From Spongiibacteraceae bacterium (GTDB taxonomy: Bacteria > Pseudomonadota > Gammaproteobacteria > Pseudomonadales > CAMLJR01), in NCBI GenBank assembly GCA_043786385.1, contig JAYVWC010000082.1, forward strand, positions 8,208 through 72,207: 64,000 bases of DNA, read 5' to 3'. Below are positions 9,059 to 19,600 of the stretch, piece after piece. The notes beneath the pieces were generated by a model. It did not search any database. It was not told the origin of the DNA and worked only from the letters and a program-made list of their open reading frames with translations. The translations under genes and the position numbers were made by a program. Position 1 is the stretch's first letter; the number at the start of each line of letters is the position of its first letter.

Positions 9059-9895
9059 ATGAAAAAATCACTTTTGGCTCTGGCATTGTCGATGGTTGCT
9101 GCTTCTGCTGCACATGCAGGCGTCGACGGTCGCGCGATAGCGAATGGCGGTCAATCGAGCAACTTCACCGGCGGCACTAGCGTTGCCGATAGCGTTCTGA
9201 ACGGTAAAGCTACAACCAACAGCGGCGGCGAATTCCTGTTGGCAGCATTTACCGACAGCAAATCGTATGCGCTGGACTTAGGTATTCGTTTCGACGCGAT
9301 TTACGACGGCGATATCGCCAACGGTAGCATTTGGAATCTCACCGGCTTCAATATGACCGGCGAAAACTTTATGTGGAACGTCGGCGCATTGTCCGGTCGC
9401 ACCACCTATCTCGCCCCCACCACTATCACTCGCAGCCGGTATGGCGTAATCAGCACCGTTGACTCGCTGAAAACCGCCGCGAACTTCAGCCCAACCAACA
9501 TCGGTGGCGCGATCACCAATATGACCGCGACGAACGGCGCTTTAAGTGGCGTCGATGCTGATTACAGCACCAACTTCGCCTATATCGCGAATACCAACAC
9601 TGACAATAATTATGTTGGCCATGGCGCTTATGGCAACAGCTACGGCGGTCAATTCAACTTCAACACCTCCGGCACCAACGGTTCGGTGCTCGAACTTCAG
9701 TTCATCGGTTTAAACGCTGCCGGCCAAACTCGGGTCACTCAGAGCCTTGGTACTTTAACGCTGAGCGGTACCACACTTACCTATAACAGCGTTGCCGCTC
9801 CTGAAGTGCCGGTGCCGGCTGCTGCTTGGCTGATGGGTTCGGCATTACTCGGTCTCGGTGGTGTGGCTCGCCGCCGCAACCGCAACAAGGCCTAA
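9059..9895 (+). CDS. PEP-CTERM sorting-domain secreted protein
   Basis: ATG at 9059 preceded by GGAGAG. Signal peptide MKKSLLALALSMVAASAAHA. The body is rich in Gly, Asn and Thr. C-terminus VPVPAAAWLMGSALLGLGGVARRRNRNKA. Confidence 0.8.
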   Translation: MKKSLLALALSMVAASAAHAGVDGRAIANGGQSSNFTGGTSVADSVLNGKATTNSGGEFLLAAFTDSKSYALDLGIRFDAIYDGDIANGSIWNLTGFNMTGENFMWNVGALSGRTTYLAPTTITRSRYGVISTVDSLKTAANFSPTNIGGAITNMTATNGALSGVDADYSTNFAYIANTNTDNNYVGHGAYGNSYGGQFNFNTSGTNGSVLELQFIGLNAAGQTRVTQSLGTLTLSGTTLTYNSVAAPEVPVPAAAWLMGSALLGLGGVARRRNRNKA

Positions 9896-9917
9896 CTATT
9901 CGAGTGCTTTGAGCAAT

Positions 9918-9940
9918 CGCGCTGCATAGCAGCGCGTTTT
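9918..9940 (+). terminator. Rho-independent terminator-like hairpin
   Basis: CGCGCTGC-ata-GCAGCGCG followed by TTTT, 23 nt after the stop of the PEP-CTERM gene. Confidence 0.6.
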
Positions 9941-9988
9941 ACCTCAGTAATAGCTCGCTCAATTATTCATTTTTCCTGGAGAATTATC

Positions 9989-11650
9989 ATGAATATGAAC
10001 AAAATCGCTGCGGCCGTTCTCGCCGCTTCGTGCGCGGTCAGCGCCAACGCTGCCATTACCGATAAGCCCTGGTCCGTTGCACCTGCCGATCTGCTGGACG
10101 TATTCGTGTCCGGCGCAACTGCGCAAGATGTGGGATTCGCCTCTGCCTTTTCCGCAAAATGTACCTCTGTCGGCGGTCAGCTGGTGGTGTTCGCGCAATC
10201 TCAAGGCACGCTTGCTGTGCCGCATGCTTCTTACAGCGCCTATTTCTGCACCGAAAAAATGTCGTATACCGGCATGAGCGCGCCGAAATTCGTGCTGCTG
10301 CACAAACGTAGCGAAGGCGGCTCCGGCTGGGGTGTTGGCCCGGTTGCCGGCGCTTCCGCAATCGACCGTTTGGTTATTACCGATGCTGCTTGTACACCTG
10401 ACGCAGCGATCGCTACCAATGCCGCCATCACCGCAGTAGGCACCTTGGTTGCCGCCGACGGCGAGCAAAAATGCGTCGGCACCACCGCAGTGGTTCCGGA
10501 TGCCGGTATCTCCGATGTCGAGCCCAACTTGTTTAATGCTTCCGCCAACCTGATCGACGCGACCATCCTCGAGAACAGTCCGTTCTTCGGCGGCACTCAG
10601 ACAGCGCCCGGTGCGCCCGGCACTGTAGCGACCAACTTGGGCACGTTGGCCCCGGCGATTGCCACCAACGCGTTGACGTTCGGTATTCCGGTGACCTTGA
10701 ATCTGCGCAACGCGCTGCAAGACTTCCAAGGCATGACCTTCACGAGCGCAGCCGATCGCGATCTGGAAGCGAATGCACCGAGCTTGACCAAAACGCAGGT
10801 GGCGTCATTGTTCACCGGCACCATCAAGTCGTGGTCGCAGATCAAAAACGCAGCGGGCCAAGGTTTGAATACTTTTGGTGTGCAGTCCTCCGATCCGGCG
10901 CAGCGCGCCTACGTTTGTCGTCGCTCGCCGGGCTCCGGCACACAAACGCAGTTCAACGCGCTGTTCTTGAACTCTGGTTGCGCGAATGGTGCCGATATCC
11001 CGTTGCGCGATAACGACGAGTTTATCGATTTAGGTTCGAGCGGCGTTTACGAGCCGGGCAACTACATCGGTACCAGCCGTTTGAATGCTTTCCGCACTCC
11101 AACCGATTTGAAAGATGCAGTTGGCGCGCCGGCCGAAGGCCCGGTGATCCACGAGAACCAAGGTTCCGGCGATGTTGATGGTTGCCTGAACAATCTGCAG
11201 GATCAAACGGTGTGGGCAGTTGGCGTGCAGTCGACGGAGCGAGGCAGCGACAAATATCGCTTCGTGAAAATCGACGGTGTAGCGCCAACCACGGCTAACG
11301 TTGCAGCGAACAAGTACTGGGATTGGGCCGGCTCGACTCTGCAATACCGCGCAGCGCTGAGCGGCAGCTTCACCAACGACGACAAGCGTTTTGTTGAAGG
11401 TCTGGCTAAAGACACCAACACCCCGGCCAAACTCGCTGCCGCCAATACCTATAACATCCGTATGTACAAAGTATCGGGTGCCGGTACCGGTGCTGCGAAC
11501 CAGGTGGATGTCGGCTACTTAGCGACGCTCGAAAACGGTTACCTACCGACCATTCCGTTCAGCGAAGCCAGCCCAATCATGTCCTCGCAACGCAGCGGCA
11601 ATACCTGCAGAACCGCAACGATCCCCGGCAACACGCAAATGCTGCCGTAA
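9989..11650 (+). CDS. Secreted PstS-family (PBP_like_2) protein, LapA/DING-like candidate phosphate-binding protein or phosphatase
   Basis: Signal peptide MNMNKIAAAVLAASCAVSANA. It has PstS-like motifs GISDVEP and RRSPGSGTQTQFN. Length is 553 aa. GGAGA Shine-Dalgarno. Confidence 0.65.
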   Translation: MNMNKIAAAVLAASCAVSANAAITDKPWSVAPADLLDVFVSGATAQDVGFASAFSAKCTSVGGQLVVFAQSQGTLAVPHASYSAYFCTEKMSYTGMSAPKFVLLHKRSEGGSGWGVGPVAGASAIDRLVITDAACTPDAAIATNAAITAVGTLVAADGEQKCVGTTAVVPDAGISDVEPNLFNASANLIDATILENSPFFGGTQTAPGAPGTVATNLGTLAPAIATNALTFGIPVTLNLRNALQDFQGMTFTSAADRDLEANAPSLTKTQVASLFTGTIKSWSQIKNAAGQGLNTFGVQSSDPAQRAYVCRRSPGSGTQTQFNALFLNSGCANGADIPLRDNDEFIDLGSSGVYEPGNYIGTSRLNAFRTPTDLKDAVGAPAEGPVIHENQGSGDVDGCLNNLQDQTVWAVGVQSTERGSDKYRFVKIDGVAPTTANVAANKYWDWAGSTLQYRAALSGSFTNDDKRFVEGLAKDTNTPAKLAAANTYNIRMYKVSGAGTGAANQVDVGYLATLENGYLPTIPFSEASPIMSSQRSGNTCRTATIPGNTQMLP

Positions 11651-11715
11651 TACGATAGATCTGCCCGGTGCAATGCCGGGCTAGTACAGTAATGAATTAA
11701 GTACAGCAATAAATT

Positions 11716-11741
11716 AAGGTCGGCTTTAGCCGGCCTTTTTT
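11716..11741 (+). terminator. Rho-independent terminator
   Basis: AAGGTCGGC-ttta-GCCGGCCTT followed by a T-run (TTTTTTAT). Confidence 0.75.
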
Positions 11742-11805
11742 ATTTCTGCGCCGGCTAAATCGATAACCCGTGCGTTTTCTAAACCAGTTTAAAAAATCTT
11801 TCTTT

Positions 11806-11834
11806 GCGTCACGTAAATTTCACTTATTTGTCAT
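11806..11834 (+). promoter_or_regulatory. Pho-box-like array: three 7-bp direct repeats at 11-bp phasing
   Basis: The sequence reads GCGTCAC-gtaa-ATTTCAC-ttat-TTGTCAT. The PhoB half-site consensus is CTGTCAT with a 4-bp AT-rich spacer. The array lies ~190 nt upstream of tpsB. Confidence 0.35.
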
Positions 11835-11869
11835 ATCTAGCGATTACCTTGGCCGGGTTCTGTAAATAA

Positions 11870-11899
11870 CCGTCGCCTACAACGCCGTCGCCTACAACG
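11870..11899. repeat. Perfect 15-bp tandem duplication (CCGTCGCCTACAACG x2)
   Basis: Read directly from the sequence, in the tpsB upstream region. Confidence 0.9.
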
Positions 11900-12019
11900 C
11901 ACGGCTACGCGGGTGTGCTGCATTGGGTAATAAATGCGCGATTCGCTTTTTTGCACCGATTAAATTTGCTGCCGTTGATTTCGGGCTGCGCTGAATTGTT
12001 TTGATGGGAATAACGGCTG

Positions 12020-13687
12020 ATGGTTTTTGCCCGGCATAAAAAAAACGCGTTACAGACCGTGTTCGGCTGGTTTCATTTCGTTCTGGCCTTATCGGCGTTG
12101 ATGCTTGTTTGTGCCGCTTTCGCGAACGCCGATGAGGCTGAAAACGCAGGCGCTAGGACGGCCGCCAGCGATGCGCCGACCGAATCTGCCGCGGTTGAAA
12201 AACGCTTCGATATTTGGGAGTACCGCGTCGAAGGCAACACGCTGTTGGATTCGAGGCAAATTGAGGCGGCGGTATATCCCTACCTGGGGCCGCAGCGTCA
12301 CATCGCGGACGTCAACGAAGCTGCGAGCAATCTCGAGCGCGCATTCAAAGAGGCGGGTTACCCGGTTATTTTCGTCGAAGTGCCGGAGCAGGATGTGTTG
12401 GGCGGCATCGTTACTTTGCGAGTTGTACAGGGCACTGTTGCGCGGGTGCGCGTCAGCGAGGCGCGTTATTTCATGCCGAGCGAGATTCGCGCCGGCTTGC
12501 CGTCGATTGCAACCGGTGCACCACTCCACGTGCCGAGTATGCAGCGCGATATGAACGCTTTGAATGCGCGGTCGTCGGATCTGAAAGTGGCGCCGATATT
12601 GAGTCCGGGAAAAACGCCGGGGAGCGTCGATGTCGAGTTGAAAGTGAAGGACAGCTCGCCGTTGCACGGCGGTATCGAGCTCAATAATTATCATTCGGCG
12701 GATACTTCGCCGACGCGGCTTGGCGTTAGTTTGAGTTACGACAATCTTTGGCAGGAACAGCATAGCCTGGCGTTGCAGTATCAAGTGGCGCCAGAGAATA
12801 CCGATGAAGTTAACGTGTGGGTTGCGACGTATATGTTGCCGCTGCAAGACAGCGACAAGCGCCTGGCATTTTATGCACTCGATTCGAAAAGCGATGTTGC
12901 CACGGTCGGCGTAAACAATGTTATCGGCACGGGCAGTATTTACGGTGCGCGGATGATTATGCCGCTGCAATCGTCGCGCCGTGCAATCCGTTCGTTGACG
13001 CTCGGTTTCGATTACAAGGATTTTCAGGAGATCATTCGTCTCGATCCGCAGACCAGCGACACAACACCGATCAGTTACGGCATGTGGTCCATGCAATACG
13101 CTGTGCTGTTGCCCAGCAGCGCGGCCAGCACCAGGCTCAGTATCGCCACCAATTTTGGTATTCGTGGCTTGGTCAACTCCGATTCCGAATTTGCGTTCAA
13201 ACGTTATAACGGCAAGCCGAACTTCGCGTACCTAAGCGCCAATTTAGATCGCGTCGATTATCTGGCTCACGATTGGCAAATACACAGCGCCGGCGAAGTG
13301 CAGATAGCGAACTCGCCGCTGGTCAACAACGAGCAGTTTTCGGCGGGCGGGCCGAGCTCGGTGCGCGGTTATTATCAATCGCAGCGGCTCGGCGATAACG
13401 GCTTGCGGCTAGGCGTGGAGATGCTAACGCCGTCGCTGTGGAGCCGCGGCCAGTGGCTCAGCGAAACCCGCTTGCTGGGATTTATCGAAGGGGCTCATCT
13501 CGAAGTCGTCGACGCGCTGCCGCAGCAGGACGAGAGTTTCGATCTGTTGGGCGCGGGGCTAGGTCTGCGACTGAAAAATCCATTGGGTTTCGACGTCAGT
13601 TTCGATTGGGGATATCCGCTGCAAGACAGCGGTGATGTGCAAAAGGGCGAAGCGCAATATTACGTCGGTTTGCAATACGCGTTCTAG
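12020..13687 (+). CDS. Two-partner secretion outer-membrane transporter (TpsB; ShlB/FhaC/HecB family)
   Basis: 555 aa with a signal sequence. It has the POTRA-type segment FDIWEYRVEGNTLL...IEAAVYPYLG and a beta-rich C-terminal barrel ending YYVGLQYAF (terminal Phe). It sits immediately upstream of a TPS-domain giant protein. Confidence 0.9.
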   Translation: MVFARHKKNALQTVFGWFHFVLALSALMLVCAAFANADEAENAGARTAASDAPTESAAVEKRFDIWEYRVEGNTLLDSRQIEAAVYPYLGPQRHIADVNEAASNLERAFKEAGYPVIFVEVPEQDVLGGIVTLRVVQGTVARVRVSEARYFMPSEIRAGLPSIATGAPLHVPSMQRDMNALNARSSDLKVAPILSPGKTPGSVDVELKVKDSSPLHGGIELNNYHSADTSPTRLGVSLSYDNLWQEQHSLALQYQVAPENTDEVNVWVATYMLPLQDSDKRLAFYALDSKSDVATVGVNNVIGTGSIYGARMIMPLQSSRRAIRSLTLGFDYKDFQEIIRLDPQTSDTTPISYGMWSMQYAVLLPSSAASTRLSIATNFGIRGLVNSDSEFAFKRYNGKPNFAYLSANLDRVDYLAHDWQIHSAGEVQIANSPLVNNEQFSAGGPSSVRGYYQSQRLGDNGLRLGVEMLTPSLWSRGQWLSETRLLGFIEGAHLEVVDALPQQDESFDLLGAGLGLRLKNPLGFDVSFDWGYPLQDSGDVQKGEAQYYVGLQYAF

Positions 13688-13698
13688 TTATCTGGGAA

Positions 13699-16600
13699 AT
13701 GGTCATGGCTTTGCTGATAAAAATTCGTAACTCACGCGGCAAAATCGGTGCAGCTTGGATCAGTTGCGCAGCTTTTACGTGGAGCGGTCTTAGCTTGCCA
13801 GCGTTCGCCGAGCTGCCGGTGCCGAGAGCCAATCTCAGCAGCGGTGGCGGCAACTATCAAGTCAGTAGCGGCGGGGCCGTCGGCACTATCAATCAAAAAA
13901 GCGAACGCGAAATTTTCAATTGGGAGAGCTTTAATGTCGGCGTCGGTAACGAAGTCGTATTCAAGCAGCCGAGCGCCAGCGCGGTGGCGCTCAACCGTAT
14001 TTTCGATAACGCGCCGAGCGCTATTCTCGGCAAGATCAGCGCCAACGGTTCGATCTATTTAATCAATCGCAACGGCATCGTGTTCGGCGACGGCATCCAC
14101 GGTGGGCAGGTCGATGTGAATGGTCGGTTCTTAGCGACTACGTTGAACATCAACGATACGCAGTTTTTGAACTCGAATTTATTTCAGGCCATCAACAATG
14201 GCGAGGCGGCGTTGGTTGGACATACCGACGATCAAGGTAATGCGCTAACCTCCGGCGCCGTCAAGATAGACAACGGCTTCACGATTAAAACCGGCGAGGG
14301 CGGCGATATTTTAATTTTCGCGCCCGAGGTGATGAATAAGGGCAATCTACTAACGCCGGGCGGCAACGCGGTGCTAGCGGCCAGCCACGATCGTGTATAT
14401 CTAACGGCAAATACCGCGGAGGAAACCGGCAGTAATTTAGGTGGCATTCTGGTTGAAGTCGATACCGGCGGCGATGTGAATAACCTCGGCAAAATTATCG
14501 CCGAGCGCGGTAGCGTGACCTTGCTGGGGCTCGCCGTAAATCAGAACGGTTTGATTCGCGCCACCACCACCGTCGATAACAATGGTGCAATTCGCCTGCT
14601 GGCGCGCGACAAAGCTACCCATGTCACCGCCAGTCAGGCGGAGTTCGCCGCACTGGGTTTCGATGGCCCTAAAGAGTTGCCCGCCAATCTGGCGCGCGCC
14701 AGTCGCACCGGCATTGTCACGATCGGTGCTGGTAGCACCACTGAGGTGTTACCCGATGCCGCAGTCACTAAGGTCGCTGATGCGCAACCGCAACAGCTAT
14801 CGCTGGTCGATGTTATGGGTAGCACCGTTGCCATCGAAGGCGCTGCCACTGTGCGCGCCACCGGCGGCGAGGTACGCATCAACGCCACTCAGTATCCCGC
14901 CACCCTGCAGGATATTCCTGGCAGCCAAAATGCCAGCCGCATGTATATCGATACGAGCGCGCTGATCGATGTATCCGGTACGCGCGATGTTGAGTTGCCA
15001 ATGTCGCGTAACGTCGTCGAGGCTGAACTTCGCGGTACTGAGTTAGCGGATGCGCCGCTGCAACGCAATGGTGTTTTGCGTGGCGAAACCGTCCTGGTCG
15101 ATGCGCGCAAGGGTACCAAGCTTGCCAATATCGAAGGTTATCTGGCGTTGAACGAGCGCACGGTCGGCGAACGTCTCGCCAAGGGCGGCACGATCAAGTT
15201 GCGTTCGGAAGGGGATTTAATCGTCAATCCAGGCGCCAAACTGGATATCTCTGGCGGCTCATTACGCTACCAGGCGGGCTGGTTGAAAACCACTAAGCTC
15301 CTTCAAAACGGCAAGGTGGTGGATATCTCGGACGCCGATCCCGATCAGCCGGTCGATGCGATTCTCGGTAAACGCTCGGTTACCGACGCGCGTTGGGGCG
15401 TCGCGAAGGAATTCGGTGCCGACAGTATTTTTAATATGGGTACCTACGTTGATTCGTTTACCGAAGGCACGGCCGCCGGCGCAATTACCATCAGTGCCAG
15501 CAGCACGGTATTTAATGGTGATATCGCCGCGCACGCGAGTAGCGGGCCGTATCAGCGCACACCCGACAAGCAGGTATTGGCCGGCAGTCTGTCGATCGAT
15601 ACGCGCGGTATCGCTCAGGATGTTGTCTTCACCCCGTTGCAGAGCAAGGCCCGTCTGAAGCTTGATGATCCTATCGCTGTGCTCGACGATTCCGGCCAAC
15701 TGCAGCCGCCGGTATTGGCAATCGCAGATGGCTTGGTGCGCGATAGCGGTCTGAGGCAGCTGAGTGTGACCACCAACGGCCGCGTCGTCCAACAGGCCGA
15801 TAGTCGCCTCGAATTGGCGGCCGGCAATAATAGCAAGCTGGCTGTGAGTGCCAGCGGCGTCGATATCGCCGGCCAGATTCGCGTCGCCGGCGGTACCATC
15901 GATCTGAAAACAAAATCGACGGCGTTCGTCAAGCCCATTCCGGACGATGACGAGACCAATTATGTATTAGCGGTGCGCAACGGTGCGCTGCTCGATGTAT
16001 CCGGTCTGTGGGTCAACGACAATCCGCTGCTGACACCAGACTTAACCACGCCGGTGGTCACCAATGGCGGCCATATCGCACTCGGCGCGCGCGGCGATGT
16101 CGATATCGAGGCCGGCAGCATACTGAACGCCGATGCCGGCGCTTACCGCGACAGCGCTTTGTCCTTTCGCGGCGGCGACGGTGGCACGATCGAACTTGCC
16201 AGCTACCGTCTCGGCGGCTCGGCGCTAACATTGACCGGCGATTATCACGCGTTCGGGTTTGGTGACAGCGGTAAGCTCGCGATCGAGGCCAACGGTATTT
16301 ATATCGGCAGCGATCGCCCAGCGACACTGCCGGCGACGACGTTGGCATTCGCGCCCGAATTTTTCGCCACGCAGGGCTTCGGCAGCTACGCGTTGACCGC
16401 CAATCTTTACGATGCCGAAATCGAGGCCGGCACTACGCTGCGGCTGCAACAGCGTAACTTTGCGCCTATCGGCGCCGGCGCGTTGGCTAGCGGCGACGTG
16501 GTCGATACGGGTTATCTCGGCCTGCTGCCGAGCGGCAGCTCGTTGAGTCTGATCGCGACTGTAGAGACCGTTGCAGCCGCGACCCGCAAGGCTGCCGATT

Positions 16601-19600
16601 TCAGTCTGAGCGCACTCCAGTCGGTGTTGGTGCCGGCGCTCGGGCAGACGATCAACGATCTGCCGATCGCGGAATTGCGGATCGGCAAAGGCGCGTTGAT
16701 CGCCGCAGACCCCGGTGCTGCGCTGGCGTTTAACGCCGGCCAGCGCATCGTTTTCGACGGTCGCATCGAGGCGCCCGGCGGTAGCGTAACCATGACGATT
16801 TCGCCGGACCAGGACGATGTCCGGCGGGGCTCCAGCCAGGGTATCTGGCTGCTCGACGAGGCTGCGATTTCGGTCGCGGCCGCCTTTGTCCCGCAGCAGA
16901 ATGAGCTCGGCACACTCGATGGCCGATTATTCGATGCCGGTTCGATTATGCTCGATGCGCGCGGCGGCTATGTGGTCGGCCAGACCGGCTCGCTGCTCGA
17001 CGTAAGCGGCGCGGCCCAGACGATCGACCGCGTGCAGACCAGCCCGCTGTTCGGCACTCGCATCGATTCGATCGAGCACGCCCTTGCCGCCGGCGCGATC
17101 GATATTCGCGCCGAGCAGGGGATTTTCTTCGATAGCACGTTGCGCACCGAGCGCGCTGCACTCGCCAATGCCGAGGGCGCGTCACTGGCGTTGCGCCTGA
17201 ATGCCAACGCCAGCGGGCGCAACTCGCCCGGCGGCTTCGATCTGGCGCTGCAACTGGTCGATGTCGCGCCCACGGTGACGGTCGGACCGCTGGACGGCAT
17301 CGCTGCTGCAGATCGCGGGCGCGCGGTGATCGGCGCGCAAAAAATTAACGCAGCGCAACTCGATACGCTCACGCTCGAAGTGCAGAACTGGATGAGTGTG
17401 GGGCCTAATACTCTACAGGCCTCCGGACGCCTACAGGTGCTCGACAATGTGCAATTACGCGCACAAAAAAGTATCGCGCTCGCCACTACCAATCTCGATC
17501 TGCAAGGGCGCGATTTGCAGGTGCAAGCGCCGTTTCTGCAGCTTGGTTTAGCCAATGCTGATGCGCGTCTGCAGCAAAGCGATAGCGGCGCGTTGGCACA
17601 GCTAGGGCAAAGCACGGGTCTGTTGGCATTGCAGGGCAAGCTGATCGATCTGGTCGGCAATCTAGCGGTCGGCGGGGCGCGACTCTTGAACCTGCAGGCT
17701 TGCGACGATATCCGCGCTCGCTCGGTGGCATCGTCAAACCCCAGTCAAATTCTGGCGCCGGCCACGTTAACCACCGATGCCGATATTCTGCTGCAGGCGC
17801 GGCAACTGTACCCGACCAGCCTAGCCGACTACCGTTTCGACAACAGCGCCGGCGGCGCTGCCGCCAGCCTCCGTATCGTCGGAGCGCCGGGCGAACGGCA
17901 GCCGGTATTGTCGGCCGGCGGCAAGCTGGGTTTCACCACCGGAATTTTTCGCAATGAGGGTGCGATTATGGCACCGCTCGGGCAGATTGCCATCGACGCT
18001 TCGCAACAAGCAACGCTCGCCGGCGGCAGCCTAACCAGCGTCTCCGCAGATGGTCTGACGATTCCGCTCGGGCGGGTTCTTGGCGGCGATCTGGACTGGA
18101 TCTACCCGCTTAATGGCCAGGCCAGTCTGACGATGCTGGCGGAGAAACGCGTCGAAATCGACGCACCGGCAGTCGCCCTCGAACAGGGCGCCGCTATCGA
18201 TATTTCCGGCGGCGGTAAGGTGTACGCCACGGAATTTACCCCGGGGCCGGGCGGCTCGAAAGATGTGTTAGCGACGGAAAATGCCGGCGCCGCGTTTGCC
18301 ATTATGCCGGCACTGAGCAGCGGCATCGCCGCGTACGATGCGCTGGAGATGCACGGCGTAGATTTAACCGCGGGCAATATAGTCACCTTGCGCGGGGTAC
18401 CTGGCCTCGCCGATGGCAACTACACGGTATTGCCGGCGCGTTACGCATTGCTGCCGGGCGCCTATCTAGTTACGCCGCGCAGCGACAGCAGCTACCTTGC
18501 ACCCGGCCAGGTACTGCCGCGCTTCGATGGCTCGTGGTTGGTGGCCGGCAAAATGGGCGTGGCCGGCACCGCGATTACCGATTCGAACTGGAGCGGCTTT
18601 GTGGTCGCGCCGCGCAGCAGCGTGATAACGCGCAGCGAATACACCATTGCCGATGCCGATACCTATTTCGCCACTAAAAGCCTGACGCCGAAAGATGCGG
18701 GCGCGGTATTGGTATCCGCCACCGACAGTCTGGAATTGGCCGGCACGATTGCCTCCGGCAGCAGCACTGGCCTAGGTGGCCGACTCGATATCAGCGCCGA
18801 TCGGCTTGCAGTGGTAGCGCAGACCGGTACCGAGACAGGCTTCATCGAGCTGCTCGATAGCGCGTTGCAAGGGCTCGGCGTCGACAGCCTGCTGCTCGGC
18901 GGCCGCCGCAGCGTCGAAGGTACCGACATGGTCATCGAGACCACCGCGCAGACAGTAAAAATGGGTGCCGGTGCTTCGCTGAGCGGGCCCGAGATCATTC
19001 TGGCCGCCACCGATTCGGTAACTCTGGCGCGCGATTCCACCCTGGCCGGCACCGGCCGCAAAACCCAACAAGCGGAGGCGTTAAGTGTCGGGCGCGACGG
19101 CGCGCTGGTGCGCGTATCGTCGAGCAGGCAAACCGATTTTACGCGCACCGCTGCGACCGGTGCCACGCCGGGCGAATTGCAAATCGAGCAGGGCGCAACG
19201 CTGCGCGCCGATGCCGCGGTATTGCTCGATGCCAGCGGTTCGGCGGGTTTTGCCGGCAATCTCGATCTGCGCGGTGGCTCGCTGTCGCTGAATGCGGGTC
19301 GCATTGCACTCGGCGGGGATACCGCGATCGACGATGCCTTGCATTTTTCCGGCGCCACGCTGGCCGCGCTCGATATAGACGAGTTGCGTATCAATAGCCG
19401 CAGCACCATCGATTTCTACGGTGCTGTAGACATCGGTTTGCAACGGCTGGAGCTGGCGGGGCAGAGCTTTCGCAATCGCGCCGGAGCGGCGATCGATGTG
19501 TTGTTCAAAGTGGCCGCGCAGGCCACCGTAAAAGGTGTCGATAGTACGGCGAGTACGGCGGCGGGGGCGCCGGGTGGCACCTTCTCGATCGCTGCCGGCG

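Noticed and set aside
9959-10729. 256-aa minus-strand ORF antisense to the PstS-like gene
   Set aside because: It is Arg/Gly-rich with low-complexity composition and no recognisable motifs, and it lies entirely inside a plus-strand gene with a strong signal peptide and family motifs. This is a typical shadow ORF of GC-rich third positions.
12089-13096. 335-aa minus-strand ORF antisense to tpsB
   Set aside because: It is Arg-rich and has no domain signature. The plus-strand frame carries POTRA and barrel features and couples to tpsA.
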